A DNA stretch of 64,000 bases from the NCBI RefSeq assembly GCF_006345805.1, contig NC_043005.1, positions 15,562,001-15,626,000 of the forward strand. The letters are read 5' to 3'. This document shows, piece after piece, positions 40,202 to 54,958 of this stretch (the stretch's first letter is position 1; each line of letters starts with the position of its first letter). The position numbers and the translations under genes are program-made. The notes beneath the pieces were generated by a model. The model had not been told where the DNA came from. It searched no databases and saw only the letters and a program-made list of their open reading frames with translations. Source of the DNA: Octopus sinensis. Lineage: Eukaryota.

Positions 40202-42727
40202 AAGTATTGGTTATAGAAACAAAAGAAGTGCTCAAATATACATGAGACAAAGATAAAGAAGCATTCGTTATAGAACCAAAATTCTTTTGCAGTCCTATAA
40301 ACCCTTTTGTTTCTATAATATGAGACAAATTTTATCATCATCATCGTTTAACGTCCACTTTCCATGCTAGCATGGGTTGCACGATTTGAACAAGGATTGG
40401 CGAACCAGTTGGCTGCACCAAGCTCCAATCTGATGTGGCAGACTTTCTACAGCTGGATGCCCTTCCTAACACCAACCACTTCGAGAGTGTAGTGGGTGCT
40501 TTTACATGCCACCGGCATGAGAGCCAGTCAGGCAGTACTCACAACGGCCACACTCGAGTGATGTTTTTTATATGCCACTTGTATAGGAGCCAGAGGCAGT
40601 GGCAACGACCTCATTCGAATGTGTTTCACTTGCTACCAGCACAAGTGCCAGTAAGGTGATGCCGGTAACAATCATGATTGAATGGTGCTTTTTACATGCC
40701 ATTGCCATGGAAGCCAATCAACTGCTCTGGCAGCGATCATACACGGATGGTGCTCTTGGAGCTCCACTGGCATGGGTGCCAGTCATTGAATTTGCGAATT
40801 TGATTTGATTTTGATTTCACTTGCCTCAACAGGTCTTCACAAGCAGAGTTTAGTGACCAATGAAGGAAAGGTATGCATAAGTGGGCTGGTTACACCCCTG
40901 GCATAGGCCACAGGTTATGGTCTCACTTGGATTGCCAGGTCTTCTCATGCACTGCATATTTCCAAGGTCTCAGTCACTAGTCATTGCCTCAGTGAAGCCT
41001 AACGTTTGAAGGTCATGCTTCACCACCTCATCCCAGGTCTTCCTGGGTCTACCTCTTTCACGGGTTCCCTCAACCGCTAGAGTGTGGCAATTTTCACACA
41101 GCTATCCTCATCCATTCTTGCCACATACCCAAACCATCGCAGTTGTCTCTCTTGCACACCATATCTGATGCTCCTTAGATCCAACTTTTCTCTCAAGGTA
41201 CTGACATTCTGTCAAGTATGCACACTGACATTATACATCCATCGATCATACTGGCTTTATTCCTTGCAAGCTTACACATATCCTCAGTAGTGATGGTCCA
41301 TGCTTCATGCCATGTAGCACGGCTGTTTGTACATATGTAGCACGGCAGTTCGTACTCAAATATGATATATATATATATATGTGTGTGGGTGTGAGTGTGT
41401 GTGTGTGTGTATGTGTGTGTGTGCAGGTTGTATCTCCTTCACATCATATAGTTGTTGTAAACGAACATCCCCGTCATACAAGCAGTGTCCCTTGTTTCCA
41501 ATCTACCATGATTTATTTCCACACCATCAGGAAATATTACATTCCTTGGAAGCAAGTGAGGGTTAGTGAGAGGAAGGGCATCCACCTAGAAATAATCTAC
41601 CTCAACAAATTCCTTACGACCCATACAAGCAGGTACAAAATGAATATTAAAATACTGATGATGATGATGATGAGAGGAGGAGGAGGAGGAGGATAAAGGT
41701 GAGAAATATAATTGGAAATGTGACAGAATCTCTATGTAGAGCATCGGAATGTAGTGTTTAGTTTTACATCTTTGGTTTGGAAAATGGATTTGGTGCCAGG
41801 AAGATTTATCTGTTGAAACAACAGCATGGATCATTTAGAATTCATCCTGCTCCCTCTCTTTATTATTAATAACATCTGGCAAAAGTCACACAAGCAAAAT
41901 TACAGAACTATTTCATTGTTTCTTATAAGATTGTATGAGAAATACTTTTTATCAACTTACCATTTATTGATTTACATTCATGGTAAGGAACTTGAGATAA
42001 TTGATCAAGAAGATAAATACAGGAATATATTTCAGAAGTATCCATATTCTTCACTTTGATCTAAATTAAAGTAACAAAAAGAAAAGCAACAAAATTACAT
42101 CTCCAGGAATTACATGGCTTTAGACAGGTGTCACATTTGTTCTGGACCCAGTAATTAAACAGATGGGGAACACCTCACTTATCCATCCACTCAGCAATTT
42201 TATCTCTTCTTCAACTGAAGTGTTCTTTCAAATATTGATAACTTCATACAAGACCATCTTTACAGGGGCTCAGCTGCTCACATTCTTTACACATGATTTA
42301 GGAAACTCAAAACAACATAAAGGAATTCTATTGGATCCACAGATGATGGCATCAGGGACAGAACCTGGTCTTGTCATCTTAATAAATTCAACTTGAAAAT
42401 ATTATTCCATTCTAAATCATAAATTCATGTAGAACTGAATGTTGAATCACAGTTAGTGATGGAGTCTGGTAGATATAACCTGTCTACATTTGGGTCTCTT
42501 ACCTATTCTATATCCCCCATTTGTGTCTACATAAGTTGCCTAGACTGCCTCTTGGTATATCATCTCACCTTTGTATCAGTTCTCTATCACTCATCTCTCT
42601 ATTATCCACCCACACTCCACCACCAGCCTGTCTAACTAACAATAACAGTGAATCTCTCCTTTTCTCTGTACCCTGCAGTCATTGTAGGAATGTTACTGGA
42701 CCTGTCTACCCTCTTGTCTCTCTCATA

Positions 42728-42759
<32 letters not shown>

Positions 42760-44846
42760 CCCTTACTCTCTTCCATTATGCCTCTACTATAAAGGGTGGC
42801 ACTGGAACTATCTGTACTCAATACTGCCTACAACCAGTCTTGTCCTCTCTTTCAATGCAGTCAACATCCTTTTTCTCTTTTCTTTTGCCACCCCTCAGTC
42901 CCATCTTTCTGTTTCTGCTATCATACACTTGGCCCCTTCCCCAAACACATCCTAGTTTGCTCCCACCATCACTCTACCTGCTACCCACCCTGTTTGTTGT
43001 CAAGAATGTGACAGTCTCTCTAGTAGGGGACCATGCATGTGTGTGCCTGTGTAAATATTCACATTCTGCCCTGGGGTAAGCCAGAGACGACGATGATGAC
43101 GTTTGTTGTCATTTCCCCATCAGAAAATTGTCCTGTAGCACTGCACATTCAAAGACAGGTGGAATAACATCTCCCTTCATAGAAAGCCAGGAAAGGGTTA
43201 GTGACATAAAAAACACTGAGTTGAAAAGCATCTCCTTCATAATATGTATTCATCTAACCCATGCTAGAATAGAAAAAAGCAGTTGTAAAGCAAACAAATA
43301 TATTCATAGAATATTTGTTTATTTACAATGTTGTGTATATCAGAACTGAATTAAATCTAAATATTAAAGTATGATATTCTCTTTCATCCTTTTTTTTTTT
43401 TACTATAATCTTGTTTCACCCAATGTGAGGTTTTAGAATATTTAAATATATAAGCAGGCATACGTACAGTAATAATCATTAATACAGTTGGTTATGTTAA
43501 TAAATGTCTAAGGGGCTTATTTGGAAAAGCTGAGATTATTTATACAAATCTAAAAAACATGACAGGCAAGAAATATATTGAGGTTCAGTCAAGCAGGTAT
43601 ACTCCTTCTAAATGAAAAAGTAATAAAGGGTTTTACTTACATCTGTGCCCAGCTGAAATTTTCCTCTTGTCAATAACTTAATTTCTGACAGTGTATTCAT
43701 TTCCGTAGGAAGGAGGAATGATTTATTTGCTGTTGTTGAATTTGGTTGAAATACTACCTTCTGTTTAACATAAGGGTCTAACCTTATATAAAACTCATAT
43801 TTGCCATATGCGTTATTACGTTGAACTTCAAAGGTCCAGTGTGTCCCTAGAAAGTAAGAGACAAAAAACGTCATCATCAGGCACAACAAAATTTCAAAAT
43901 TATTAAACATAAAATGATCATTGTCTTGTAAGGAGGTTGGATTTCAAATAAAATCATTAGAATATGATTGGAAAACATTTAGTTTTCCAATCATAGATTT
44001 ATTACGTTTCTTTTCTTTTGTAATTTATTGAGATTATTTATTTCTATATCAAACAACAGAAGGAGAGGCTTTAAAAACTTTAAATAGTCACACATATGAG
44101 AAGGTACCCAAAAGTAACTGGAAGCATTCTCTATGGGAAAAGCCCATTGTAGTCGAGGATTCTGAATTGACAAACTTTTTGATATGACTGGTGTGTCCTG
44201 GAGCTGCTGCCAACAAATTTTGAACAAGGAATTTCAAATGAAAAGAGTTGCAGCAAAATTTGTGCTTCACTTGTTCACAGAAGATCAGAAAGCAGTCTTG
44301 ACTGAATGTGTGACTCCTCTTACCCTGCCTCCCTATTCACCTGATCTTGCTCTTTGCAACTGTTTTTTTTTTTGTTCCTCTGAATAAAAAATGTCCTCAA
44401 AGGAAAACATTTTGCAGATGTGGAAGAGAGGAAGTAAAAAACAAAACAAGCGTCAAAAGGCATCACTTTGCAAGAGTTCCAGGACTGCTTTGAACAGTGG
44501 TCTGAATCGATGCATTGCTTCAAATGGAGAATACTTTGATGGCGATAGAAGTGTAAACATGTAAGACTAAGTGAATAAAATAATATAGCAAAATTCTGGT
44601 TTCTTTTGGGTGTTCTAGATCAGTGATTTTCAAGTCAGTTTAACTCTGAACCCTTTTCTGTCCCTAATGCTATTTTTAAATTACCCCAACCTTGTTATGA
44701 TTCAATGCATCTCTTCTTCTGATGTATATATATTAAAAATACGCAGCCATGTTCTGTGGCTAAGATGCTCAATTTGCAACCAGATCATTTAGTGTTTACT
44801 TCCAATATGTGGCACCTTGGAAAAGTGCCTACTACTATAAGTATAA

Positions 44847-44897
<51 letters not shown>

Positions 44898-47800
44898 GAA
44901 AGACAGAAGATGGAATATACAAGAATTTTTTATTAGTCACGACAATTGTTTCGGTACATCTAGCATTGATTCCTCTTGGGTGGGACACTCAACAACTGAT
45001 TCTGGAGCATCTGGTGGTGCAGTTGTATCTCGTTGGGTGATGAATAAATAAAAACAACTCGTTAAAATAACTGTTCCACAACGTAACTTTCTGTTTTGTA
45101 GAGAGAAAAAAACAGCCAGACGGAGGAAAAAAATCTTCATATTTATATAGAAGATGAAAAATAAAATTGCAGAAGACAGAGAAACAAACATGTAATCCAG
45201 TGAGAGAAGTATTGAAAATAGCCATTAATAGATATGGATGTATAAACGTCCTCGGGCAAGCTGCATGGCATGAATACACAAGTGCATACAAGCATCAGCA
45301 AAAATGTGAGCATACACAAATGCTAGGTTTGGTGCAGTCCTGATCACAAAGTGAGTCAGTTATTTACTAGGTGTTTAGAAGAACGAGGAGGTTAAAAGTA
45401 AACTTAAGTCATCCATGCCTTAAAGTAAATTAAATTACATTGTGTTAACGGTTATTCAAAATTCCTTCTCACTGCATTATGCAAAAGTACATTTATATGC
45501 ATCTCAATAGTCGTTCAGAGATTCTATTAGGTATCTTCTCGTTAGTCCACAGAATATACAGGGATTCCTCGAAGCAGAGACAGCATCTCCTGGAAATTAC
45601 ATCGTATGGTTTTGTATGTCTAACTATGGACCAATTAATGTTGTACTTCGTTTTACCCTCCTTCAGTCGCCATATAAAATCTGCCAAAGATGTCGAATGT
45701 CTCTTATTGATTGATTTAAAGCTGGCAATATGGTTATGATGATGATTCTTAAATGAATCAGTGCCGTCTGCCCAATGTAATCATAGAGCCCTTCCCTTGT
45801 GTGCACGGTACATTTATATACAAGATTTGTACTCATACAGAGATTCATTAAAGGACATTTTGATTTATCTCTCCATGAGCATTTATCATATTTATTTGTA
45901 TACAAGTCAGTCCCAACTCCATTTACCAGCGCTGTTATCGTGCTAGCTGTACCATGAGTATTTCTCCTACTACAAACTGGTCAAAGTTGATGACTATCAA
46001 TGTGGTTTACATCTCCTTGGTTGGTATTTAGATGCAAATGTTTGCTAGACCCAGTATGACAATATCGAACAGCTCTTCAGATGCTGTCAAACACTGCTAG
46101 GCACAATGCACTTCCAATTTTGTCTAGATTGTGTCATTCTTTTCCATCTCAACCGAAACTGTTTGACTGAATCATCTTCCCATTGTCACGGAGGCCCTCC
46201 AAATGGCCTTTTCTACACTCTGGGATATCACTTGGCAACTGCATGGTTCCACCTGTTGTCTGTGAACCTTGTGACATATCCAGCACAGTGGAACTTGTGC
46301 TTTCGATACCCTGCCATCACATTGTTCACTGAGCGCCATCCTCAAACTATTTCGAATTCTCTCAGTCATGTTCCTAGCATGGATCTTTCCATGGACCTTT
46401 GCACCATAGCCAATCAATATTTTATCTTCTTCATAGTAGCCCATGTCTCATTTGTGTGCCCTACATGGAGGGGGTGTTCTATTATTACAATTATCACCAT
46501 AACAATAATCAATGATTCATATGGAAACTTGCTTGCTCTCTCGACTGTTAGTGGTTGACATATTTTGATAGTCCGGTGACTATGATCCTTGTAAACGCCT
46601 TATAGGGGTGAGACAAGAGGCATATGCAGTGATAGTTTTTAAAATTTTCTTTATCACTCTTCTTGTGACGTAGAATGGTATTTGAAGATATTTTACCCTC
46701 CTTTAGAAAGTGGTTGAAATGTAGAATGAGGATTTTCCATAGTTCTTCACATTCACATCTTAAAAACTCTGTTGTGATGCCATTTTCCCAAGCGCTATTT
46801 CTGTTTTCACCAGTTTGAGGGTTTTTCCAATGCCACTTATTGGAAGAGGTGGCACTTCTTCCTGCATTTGTTGCAGTGTGGAATCAAGCTTCAGCAATGA
46901 TTTAAGAACATTAGTGTAGAAGGTGTTATGTCCTCTCTCCTTCCTCGGTCACCTTGAGCTCATCCTTATGCAACATACTTAATGTATGTGTGTTGTTCAA
47001 CTGCCAGACCCTTTGGTTGTTCATTATAGGAAAATCCCTTCTTGATGGACGTATTGTGATGAAAACACAATATACTTCAGATCTAAGTAAAAAAAAATCA
47101 CCCCAGAATTCACTGTGAGGAAAACTAATACATATTTCCCTGATGTGGTGCATTGTCAGTGTCACATCCTCATTTCATTTCTAAAGCAAAATCAAACCGG
47201 CCAGTGTGGAACATATTGAGATAGTATATAAACTGTACACTGGTTTGCAATGGTATTGTGTAAGCTGAAAAAAAGAGAAACAAGAACACACAGCCTCTGT
47301 CTTTTCAGTCACACACAGACATTAAGTTATCTTGATAAATAGATATTGAGATATTAAATTAGAAGGACACTCAAAAGGGTAATATTTACACATTAACCTG
47401 TGCTTTAGTAAATTCTTCTAAATAGGGGAAAAAGACTTATGAATGGATTTTAATCAGTATGATTCATATAATTAAAAAAAAAATCTCTCTCGGCTGGTTC
47501 GTCAGGCTGGAGTGGGCTATAGAAACTATGCTGATGAGGTCAAATAAACTGAAACATGACTGTAGTTATCTCATCCTTCAACATGGATCGTGTATTTCCT
47601 AATCTCATTAAATTTGGCTGATAATTTTTTTCAGTTTTGGGAAACAATCTCCCTGTTTCCTTTGAATTTTGCTTACACTGACCACAGAATTTTGCTTCCT
47701 TTCTAAAGATAAAAGACTAAATTTCAGTTGTGGCAAGAGTCACAGCACCCCCTGCAAGAATAGACTGACCAAACGTCTAAAAATAGTAGCGGTCTGAATG

Positions 47801-50800
47801 ATATAGGAGAGTAGGCATTGATCGCAGGATGTCTTAGGTGTCATTTTGGCAGTTTGTTGGAATATCGTTTATTGGTTCATGGATAGTTTTTTGGATCGTT
47901 AAGTTGTTGTTACCCTGCTTCGTTATATGCTTTATTATTACTCCACAATTATAATGTAAAAATATATCGTCATAACAATTGGCAATACAACAATTTCATT
48001 TAAGAATTTTTGCATATGGCATTCAATGTATTACCCCTAAATATATTATATTCAAATTCATGTAATTATTTCATTTGACTTATCTCTCATGAATCACTTC
48101 TTTTTTTCATCTAATTCTATGAAATATATTGGCCAAAATTATCGGTAACTGTTTTCCTATCTGTAAAAACGTTTCTTATTTGGAATAACTTTACAGATGT
48201 TTGTCTTTTCTTATCGCTGACAAAACAATTGTGAATTGAACCACTAAATGTAGAATAATGTGTCTTTCTTGGGGATTGAAAGGCAACAATAAGATTTGAA
48301 CTCATAATATGAACCTTTCAAGTTGAATTCATTAATATTACAGTCACATGCTCCCTTGTGCATTTTGTAGGGTGTAGGGGTTGTACTAAGGAAAACAATT
48401 CCTTGAGGAATTAAAGGAGAAGAAAAAAAACAGTAAAAGAACAAACAATAAAGAACAGTTCTGAGGCAAAATCTTACAATTTGATAATGTCATTTTGGCT
48501 CCTGGACATGGTGCTTCGCACAGAACACCATACGCTTCTTCAAGATCTTTATTTTCAATAACTATCTACAATAGAAGATCAGTGCAGGAATTTAAAATAG
48601 TTTCATGATGATAATGATGATGGTGGTACTGATGGTGGTTGTAGTGGTGATGATGATGGTGGAGGTGATGAGGATGGTAGTGGTAGTGTTGGAAGTGGTG
48701 GTGGAGATGGTGGTAATGGTTGTGTTGGTGACGATGATGTTCATGATGAGAGTGATGATGATGATGATGATGATGGGGATGATAATGCTGATGGTAATGA
48801 TGATCATGGTGACAATAAAACATTTGTAGTGAACGGCCAGTACAGACCAGTGTGGAATAGTGTCCTCACACACACACCCACACACATATTAAACCAGCTT
48901 CTTTCAGTTTCTGCCTCCGAAATCCACTCACAAAAAAATCTTGGTCAGCCAAGGGGTTTAATAGAAAATACTTGCCTAAGGTGCCACATTGAGAGATGAA
49001 TTGAAAACCATATGAGCCCACTTTTTAAGCATACACCAATCCCTGTGCCTTTATACACACACACACACACACATACACACACACTGGCTCTCCATGCTTG
49101 TGAGATTAATGTGCAAGTGGCCGAGTATTCCACAGATATACATACTCTTAACATAGTTGTCAGGGAGATTCAGTGTGACACAGAATATGAAAAGGATGGT
49201 CCCTTTCAAATACAGGCACTACTCAATTTTTGCCAACTGAGTAGACTGGAGCAATGTGAAATAAAGTGTCTTGCTCAAGGACTGAATGTGCCACCAGGAA
49301 TCGAACTCATAACCTTATGACAGTGAGCTGAATATTCTAACCACTAGCCACCTGCCTTTACTAGACACACATACACAGGGAGAATGCAGAGCAAAATGTT
49401 ATAAACTGTTTCATGTTGAAAGACCTTTGGACAAACTTTACACCTAATTCCACAGCCATTCTCATATGCCCCTCCAGATCAAACTTTGAGAGATTAATCA
49501 ATAATAGACAGATATTTACACATGCTTAAAGAAATGATTAAATGGGATGTATAAACAAATTCTTTGGGGATCCTGAAATGGTTTAATGATATTTAGAATA
49601 AGAAAACTACTAGATTCTTTCAAAAAAATATCACTAACTACTATGCATCCATCGGCCATGTCCAATGAAATTGTAAGAAGGATTATACTGGGATGAAGCA
49701 TTATTCACTATCTGTAATTGTAGCAAAAATAAAGTTGAACAGTATAAGGAAAATCTTTTGCAATTTTAAAATAGATCTGGATTTTCCATCTCTGTAGAGA
49801 CAGATCATAGTAAAGTAAAAAATTTTTTAGATATTACCCTTGACCTTATTTCTGAACTGCATCAACCATTTCACAAACCCAGTGACAACCTTAAGTACAT
49901 AAGCCACAACTCAAATCATCCAAAATGCATTATAAACTCTATAATTAAGGCAGTCTCAATTAGAATTTCTAAGCTTTTAACTAGGAAAAAAATTTTTAAA
50001 CAACATGGGAGATATAACCTAACTTCAGCTGAAGTCGGTTACCAAGAAGAAATTAAATACATCCCAAATAGTAGTGATTCAGTCAAAGATAATAATGTTA
50101 ACAATGGACAAATTATGATTCTGGTGACTCACAGGTGGTGTAGTTAGGACAAAGGACACAGAAACACCCTTAACCAACAGAAAGAAAGATAAGTGAAACA
50201 CACATAAAAGTAAGAGACAATCGAGTAACATTAATTCAAGTAAATTGACTGCTAAATCTTCACAACCTCCCAAATATGGTAGGTATAATGTTAATCACCA
50301 GCAAGAGGTGGAAGATAGGAAGCGTGGTGTGCAATAATCGCCCATATAAGATTTATTTTTAATACAAGCTGACTAGCTCATGACAAAAGCATGAAGAGGA
50401 ATAGTGAAGAATGTAGTAATTCTAAGAAACAGAGTGGTAGATTAAAGCAAGTAGTCTGATATAATGCACCATTGACATTGCAAATCACCACCAGTATCCT
50501 GAGACAATTCTTCGTGGCCTTAGAAAAGCAGTTCCCACAACACAGCTTACACTGGTTATGCCTATGAAGTTCCTAAGGCAGCTGCAGGAGAAATATGTAG
50601 CCAAAGATAAAATCTTTGTACTTGGCTTTTGTTGACTTAGGGAAAGCCTTTGACAGGGTCCCCTGATCCCTCGTCAGATGGTCAATATGGAAACTAGGGA
50701 TAGTTTCCAATGAATGGCTGGTGAGAGCTGTACAAACCATGTACAGGGATGCTGTCAGTAAGGTGAGGGTTGGCAATGAGTACAGTGAAGATTTCAGGGT

Positions 50801-53800
50801 ACAAGTAGAGGTTAACCAAAGATTGGTGCTCAGGCCTCTCTTGTTCATCATAGTTCTCCAGGCAATAACAGAGGAAGATAGGCTGCCTCTGAGAGTTCCT
50901 CTATTCTGATGACCTTGTTCTTATCGCTGAATCATTACCAGAACTAGAGAAGAGGTATGAAGCAAGGTCTAGAATTGAAGGGTCTTTGAGTTAACCTAGC
51001 AAAAACCAAAGCATTAGTAAGTAGGAAGGCAGACAAATTACAAATCCCTTCAGGTAGATGGACCTGCTTGATCTGTAGGAAAGAGATACGTAGAAACTCC
51101 ATAATATGTTCTGAGTGTAAGTCATAGACATATAAGTGGTGCAAAAATATCAGAAGATGCATGGGAACAATAAATACAGAAAATTGACTCTATCAACTGC
51201 CAGGCGTGTAAGCTTCCATTATTTAGGTGACCAAGTTTGTAGCAGAGGTGGATGCTCCGAGAGCATAGCTGTGAGAATAAGATTAGGCAGGACAAAGTTC
51301 AGAGAGCTTCTACATCTGCTAGCAACAAAGACTTCTCTCTCAGATTGTATGATGCCTGTATGTGAATAGCCATGCTGCATGGCAGTGAAACATGGGCTGT
51401 GACAGTTGAGGACATTTGTTGGCTTGAAACAAATGAAGCCAGTATGCTTCACTGGATGTGCAACGCAAGTGTGCATGTTCAACAGAGTGTAAGCAACTTG
51501 AGAGAAATGTTGGGCATAAGATGCACTGGATGTGGTGTGCAAGAGAGATGACTGTGATGTGATGTGTATGGATGAAGATAGCTGTGGAAAGAAGCAACAA
51601 TCTCTAATTGTGGAGGGAAGCTACGGTAGAGGTGGATCCAGGAAGACATGGGATGAGGTGGTCTTCGAACTTTAGGCCTCACGGAGGCAGTGACTAGTGA
51701 CAAGGACCTTTGGTGAAATGCTGTGCTTCAGAAGACCCATCAAGTCATGTGAAATTGTGATTATGGCCATTGCTGGTGTTGTGTAACTGGCACCTGTGCT
51801 GGTGACACATAAAAAATACATTTCAAGCATTGGGCCTCACCGAGGCAAGATGGCCAATGTCAGTGACACATAAAAAGCATCTTTCAAGTGTTGGGTCTCA
51901 TAGAGGCAATGATGAATGACGAAGACTCTTGACATTTTGCCAAGTGAAATCATAATTGTGTCAGATACTGGTGTCATGTGAATGACACCAGTATCTGACA
52001 CAATACTGTTGACATTAGGAAGGGCATCCAGCTATTGAAACCAAGCTAAATCAGACTGGAGTCTGGTGCAGCTTCTAGCTTGCCTGTTCTGGTCAAATCA
52101 TCCAACTCATGCCACATTGGACAACGGATATTAAATGATGATGATGATATATATATGTATATGTATGGATGTATTTATGTATGTATTGATGATGATGATG
52201 ATTATGGGACAGACAGACAGATAGACATGGCCAGTCTATGGGGTTAGCCTGGGTTTCACATCCATAAAGCGCTTAGCTTTACAGTGTTTCTTCAGACCCT
52301 AAAATCCGTTGGCCTATGGCTTCTCTAGAAAATGGAGGAGGAAAGGACATCATTATTCAACAACCAGTGATTGTCTTGCTTTGACTGCTAATTAACTGAC
52401 CATGTTGGCATGTAGATCCCAGGACACCAGCAAGAATTTCCTGAAGTGCATGCAGGGTCCAAAGACCACTATCCTAGATTTAAGGATATTCCCTATATCA
52501 AGGGAGTCCTTTTAATATTCTCATCTATTTGGCTATGCACAGTTTACAGTGCTTGGTCCCATTTATGTAATGACCTGGAGTTTCTAGGATCCTCCCTAAT
52601 GTTATGTGTGGGGTCTTTCAGCCACCATGCATGACTGGCTAAGGATGAAGCATATCTCCTTTCTGGGATCCTGAAAGAGGATTTGTGGTTGGAGAAGTGC
52701 TGTTTGAATGTGTTACTGAAACATCCGATATGTCTCCATGTTTAGGTGTTGGCAATAGTTTCTGTTGATGTTACTACCATTGTTGTTGGTATTTGTGTTG
52801 GCATCGTTGAAGCTGGTGTTGGTGTTTGTGCAGTTAATACTTGCTGCTGTTGTTATTATTATTTTTATTCCCAATCACACTTCCACCATCATCAGAAAAG
52901 AGGCTGTCTATATCAAAGCTTATATTAATTTTAGTGTTAGGGTTATAGGAAAGGCTTTGTCTATTTGGGTCAATGCTAGTACTACCACTGCTATGATTTA
53001 TATTCCATATTAGGCAGAGATGAATGGGATAACTTTAGAGTAGATCTGCTGAAGATCAAACTATATTTATGGTGATATGGAAAGTTAGAGTCTATGATGG
53101 CAAAGAAGGTTTTGGCTAAGCCCTTAAGCTTAAAGAAAAGTGGGGTGTATACCTGTTATGGAGATTATATCCCCCCAACGTGATGAGTGGTATGTGGCTG
53201 TCATTATAAATACTGTCAGTTAGTATCAGTGTAGGAGAGAGTACAAAAGTAGACAGTCATAGATAGTCGTGGCCTTTTCTAACTAACTATGCTGCTTTAA
53301 TGCTCTGGACATTACAACAGTCTGACAAAGGATTACAATAGTGGCGATGAGGAATTAACAAGCTCACAAAAGTATTTTGTGCAAATTTTATGGTATACAA
53401 AATCGTAAAATCATGGTAAAGTTGTTGGCCAGTTTGCTTGAATTGCTAAAAGAGCAACAACAACTGAAAGAACAATAACAGCAGCAGCTACAACTGCAAG
53501 AGCAACAGCAACAAATGCTGCAATTAATGAAGTTGTCTAAAAATGTTGAGAAGATGTTCCCGCTAGATTATGTTGCAAATTGAACAACGAAGTTTAAGAA
53601 TGAACCAGACAAAGGAGTTACCTTCAAAGCATACTACAGAAGATACAAACAAATCTTCAATAAAGAGTGCAAAGTTTGGGACGACGATATGAAAATGCAT
53701 CTTATCTTAAGAAAACTGGCAGCAGCAGTGCATTATAGTAATTATATACTCCCGAGAAACCCTTCTGGATACAAAAGACATACTGTGTAAAATTTCTAGT

Positions 53801-54926
53801 GAGAAAAGCTCATTCTTCACTACATGCTGGAAATGTTTGAACCTAGAAAAGAATGAAGAGGACTACATCACATAGAATTAACAGAGAATGTGAAAAGTTT
53901 AAACTGGACAAATTAACGCCAGATATATTCAAGTGCCTGATATTTATTCAGGGACTAACTGCAGAGAAAGACACAGAAGTTACAACAAGAATTGTCACTA
54001 GGTTGGAACAAAACCAAGCTGTAACCTTACAACAAGTGTCAGAAGAGTGTGAAAGAATAGTAAAAGAGAGCAAATTGAACATAAAGATTGCTCCCAAGTG
54101 AAACAAGTGCAAAATAGCCAGAATAGAAATCAAGTGTGTATTAAAGTACAGTTCAAACAGGACAAAAATCAAGGAACAAAGCCATGTTTTGCATGTGACA
54201 GTCTACACTTGAGAAAAAAACTGCCCATTTAAAAAGGTGAATGTTTCTGTTGAGGAAAAATTGGACACATACACTGTAAAACCAAGATGACAAAACATTG
54301 GAACAAAGCGAAAAGAATATGTCATCAAAGAAAAAAATAATGTAACAAAGAGGAAATATGTAAATGTGAAAATTGAAAATCTAAGAGTAAAAATGCAGTT
54401 AGACACTGAAAGAAGAATGAATGAAGAAACTTGGAAGTATATCAGTAAACTGAAATTAAGTAAATCTACAAAAGTAGCACATGGTGTTATGGGTAAAAGA
54501 TTGTATTTTGTAAATGAATTTGTGTGATGTGACATTTTGTGACCAAATGAAAATAGCAAAAATATATATGTTAAAAATTTCAGTTAATCTATTTGGCACA
54601 GAGTGGATGGAAGTATTCAAATTGTGGAATGCACCTAAAAGTGTTTTGGGTGGAAATATTGTTGGTTCTGTCAAAAGTTCAAATGCAGCTGAGAGGTTGA
54701 AATGGAAAATAAAAGTTATTTCCAGAAGTTTTCTCAGTTAGAGTAAATAAAATTTATTTAAGCCATTCACTGTTCACCATTACACCAAATTCTTCTTGGA
54801 ACCCCCCCCCCACAAATTATTGTGAAATTTAATGGGAACATACTGCATATAAAACATTAATTACCTGTTTCAGCTTATTTCTTTTAAAATACCATAATTC
54901 TTGATGAAACAGGTGTAATAAAATCT

Positions 54927-54958
<32 letters not shown>

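Noticed and set aside
42270-42390. Open exon-like segment [10 protein letters not shown]...
   Set aside because: Phase is incompatible with the flanking exons; probably decayed LINE sequence
43464-43549. Acceptor 91 nt after exon 4 ([10 protein letters not shown])
   Set aside because: Stops in all frames; exon 42060-41961 is a far better partner
47170-47264. Strong acceptor followed by SYTIPLQTS...MK*
   Set aside because: No good in-phase donor before the stop; cannot be distinguished from a chance pyrimidine tract
50133-50168. 36-nt micro-exon candidate ([12 protein letters not shown]) in intron 2
   Set aside because: Good donor, but it would disrupt the repeat alignment at Q|IVI; no other support
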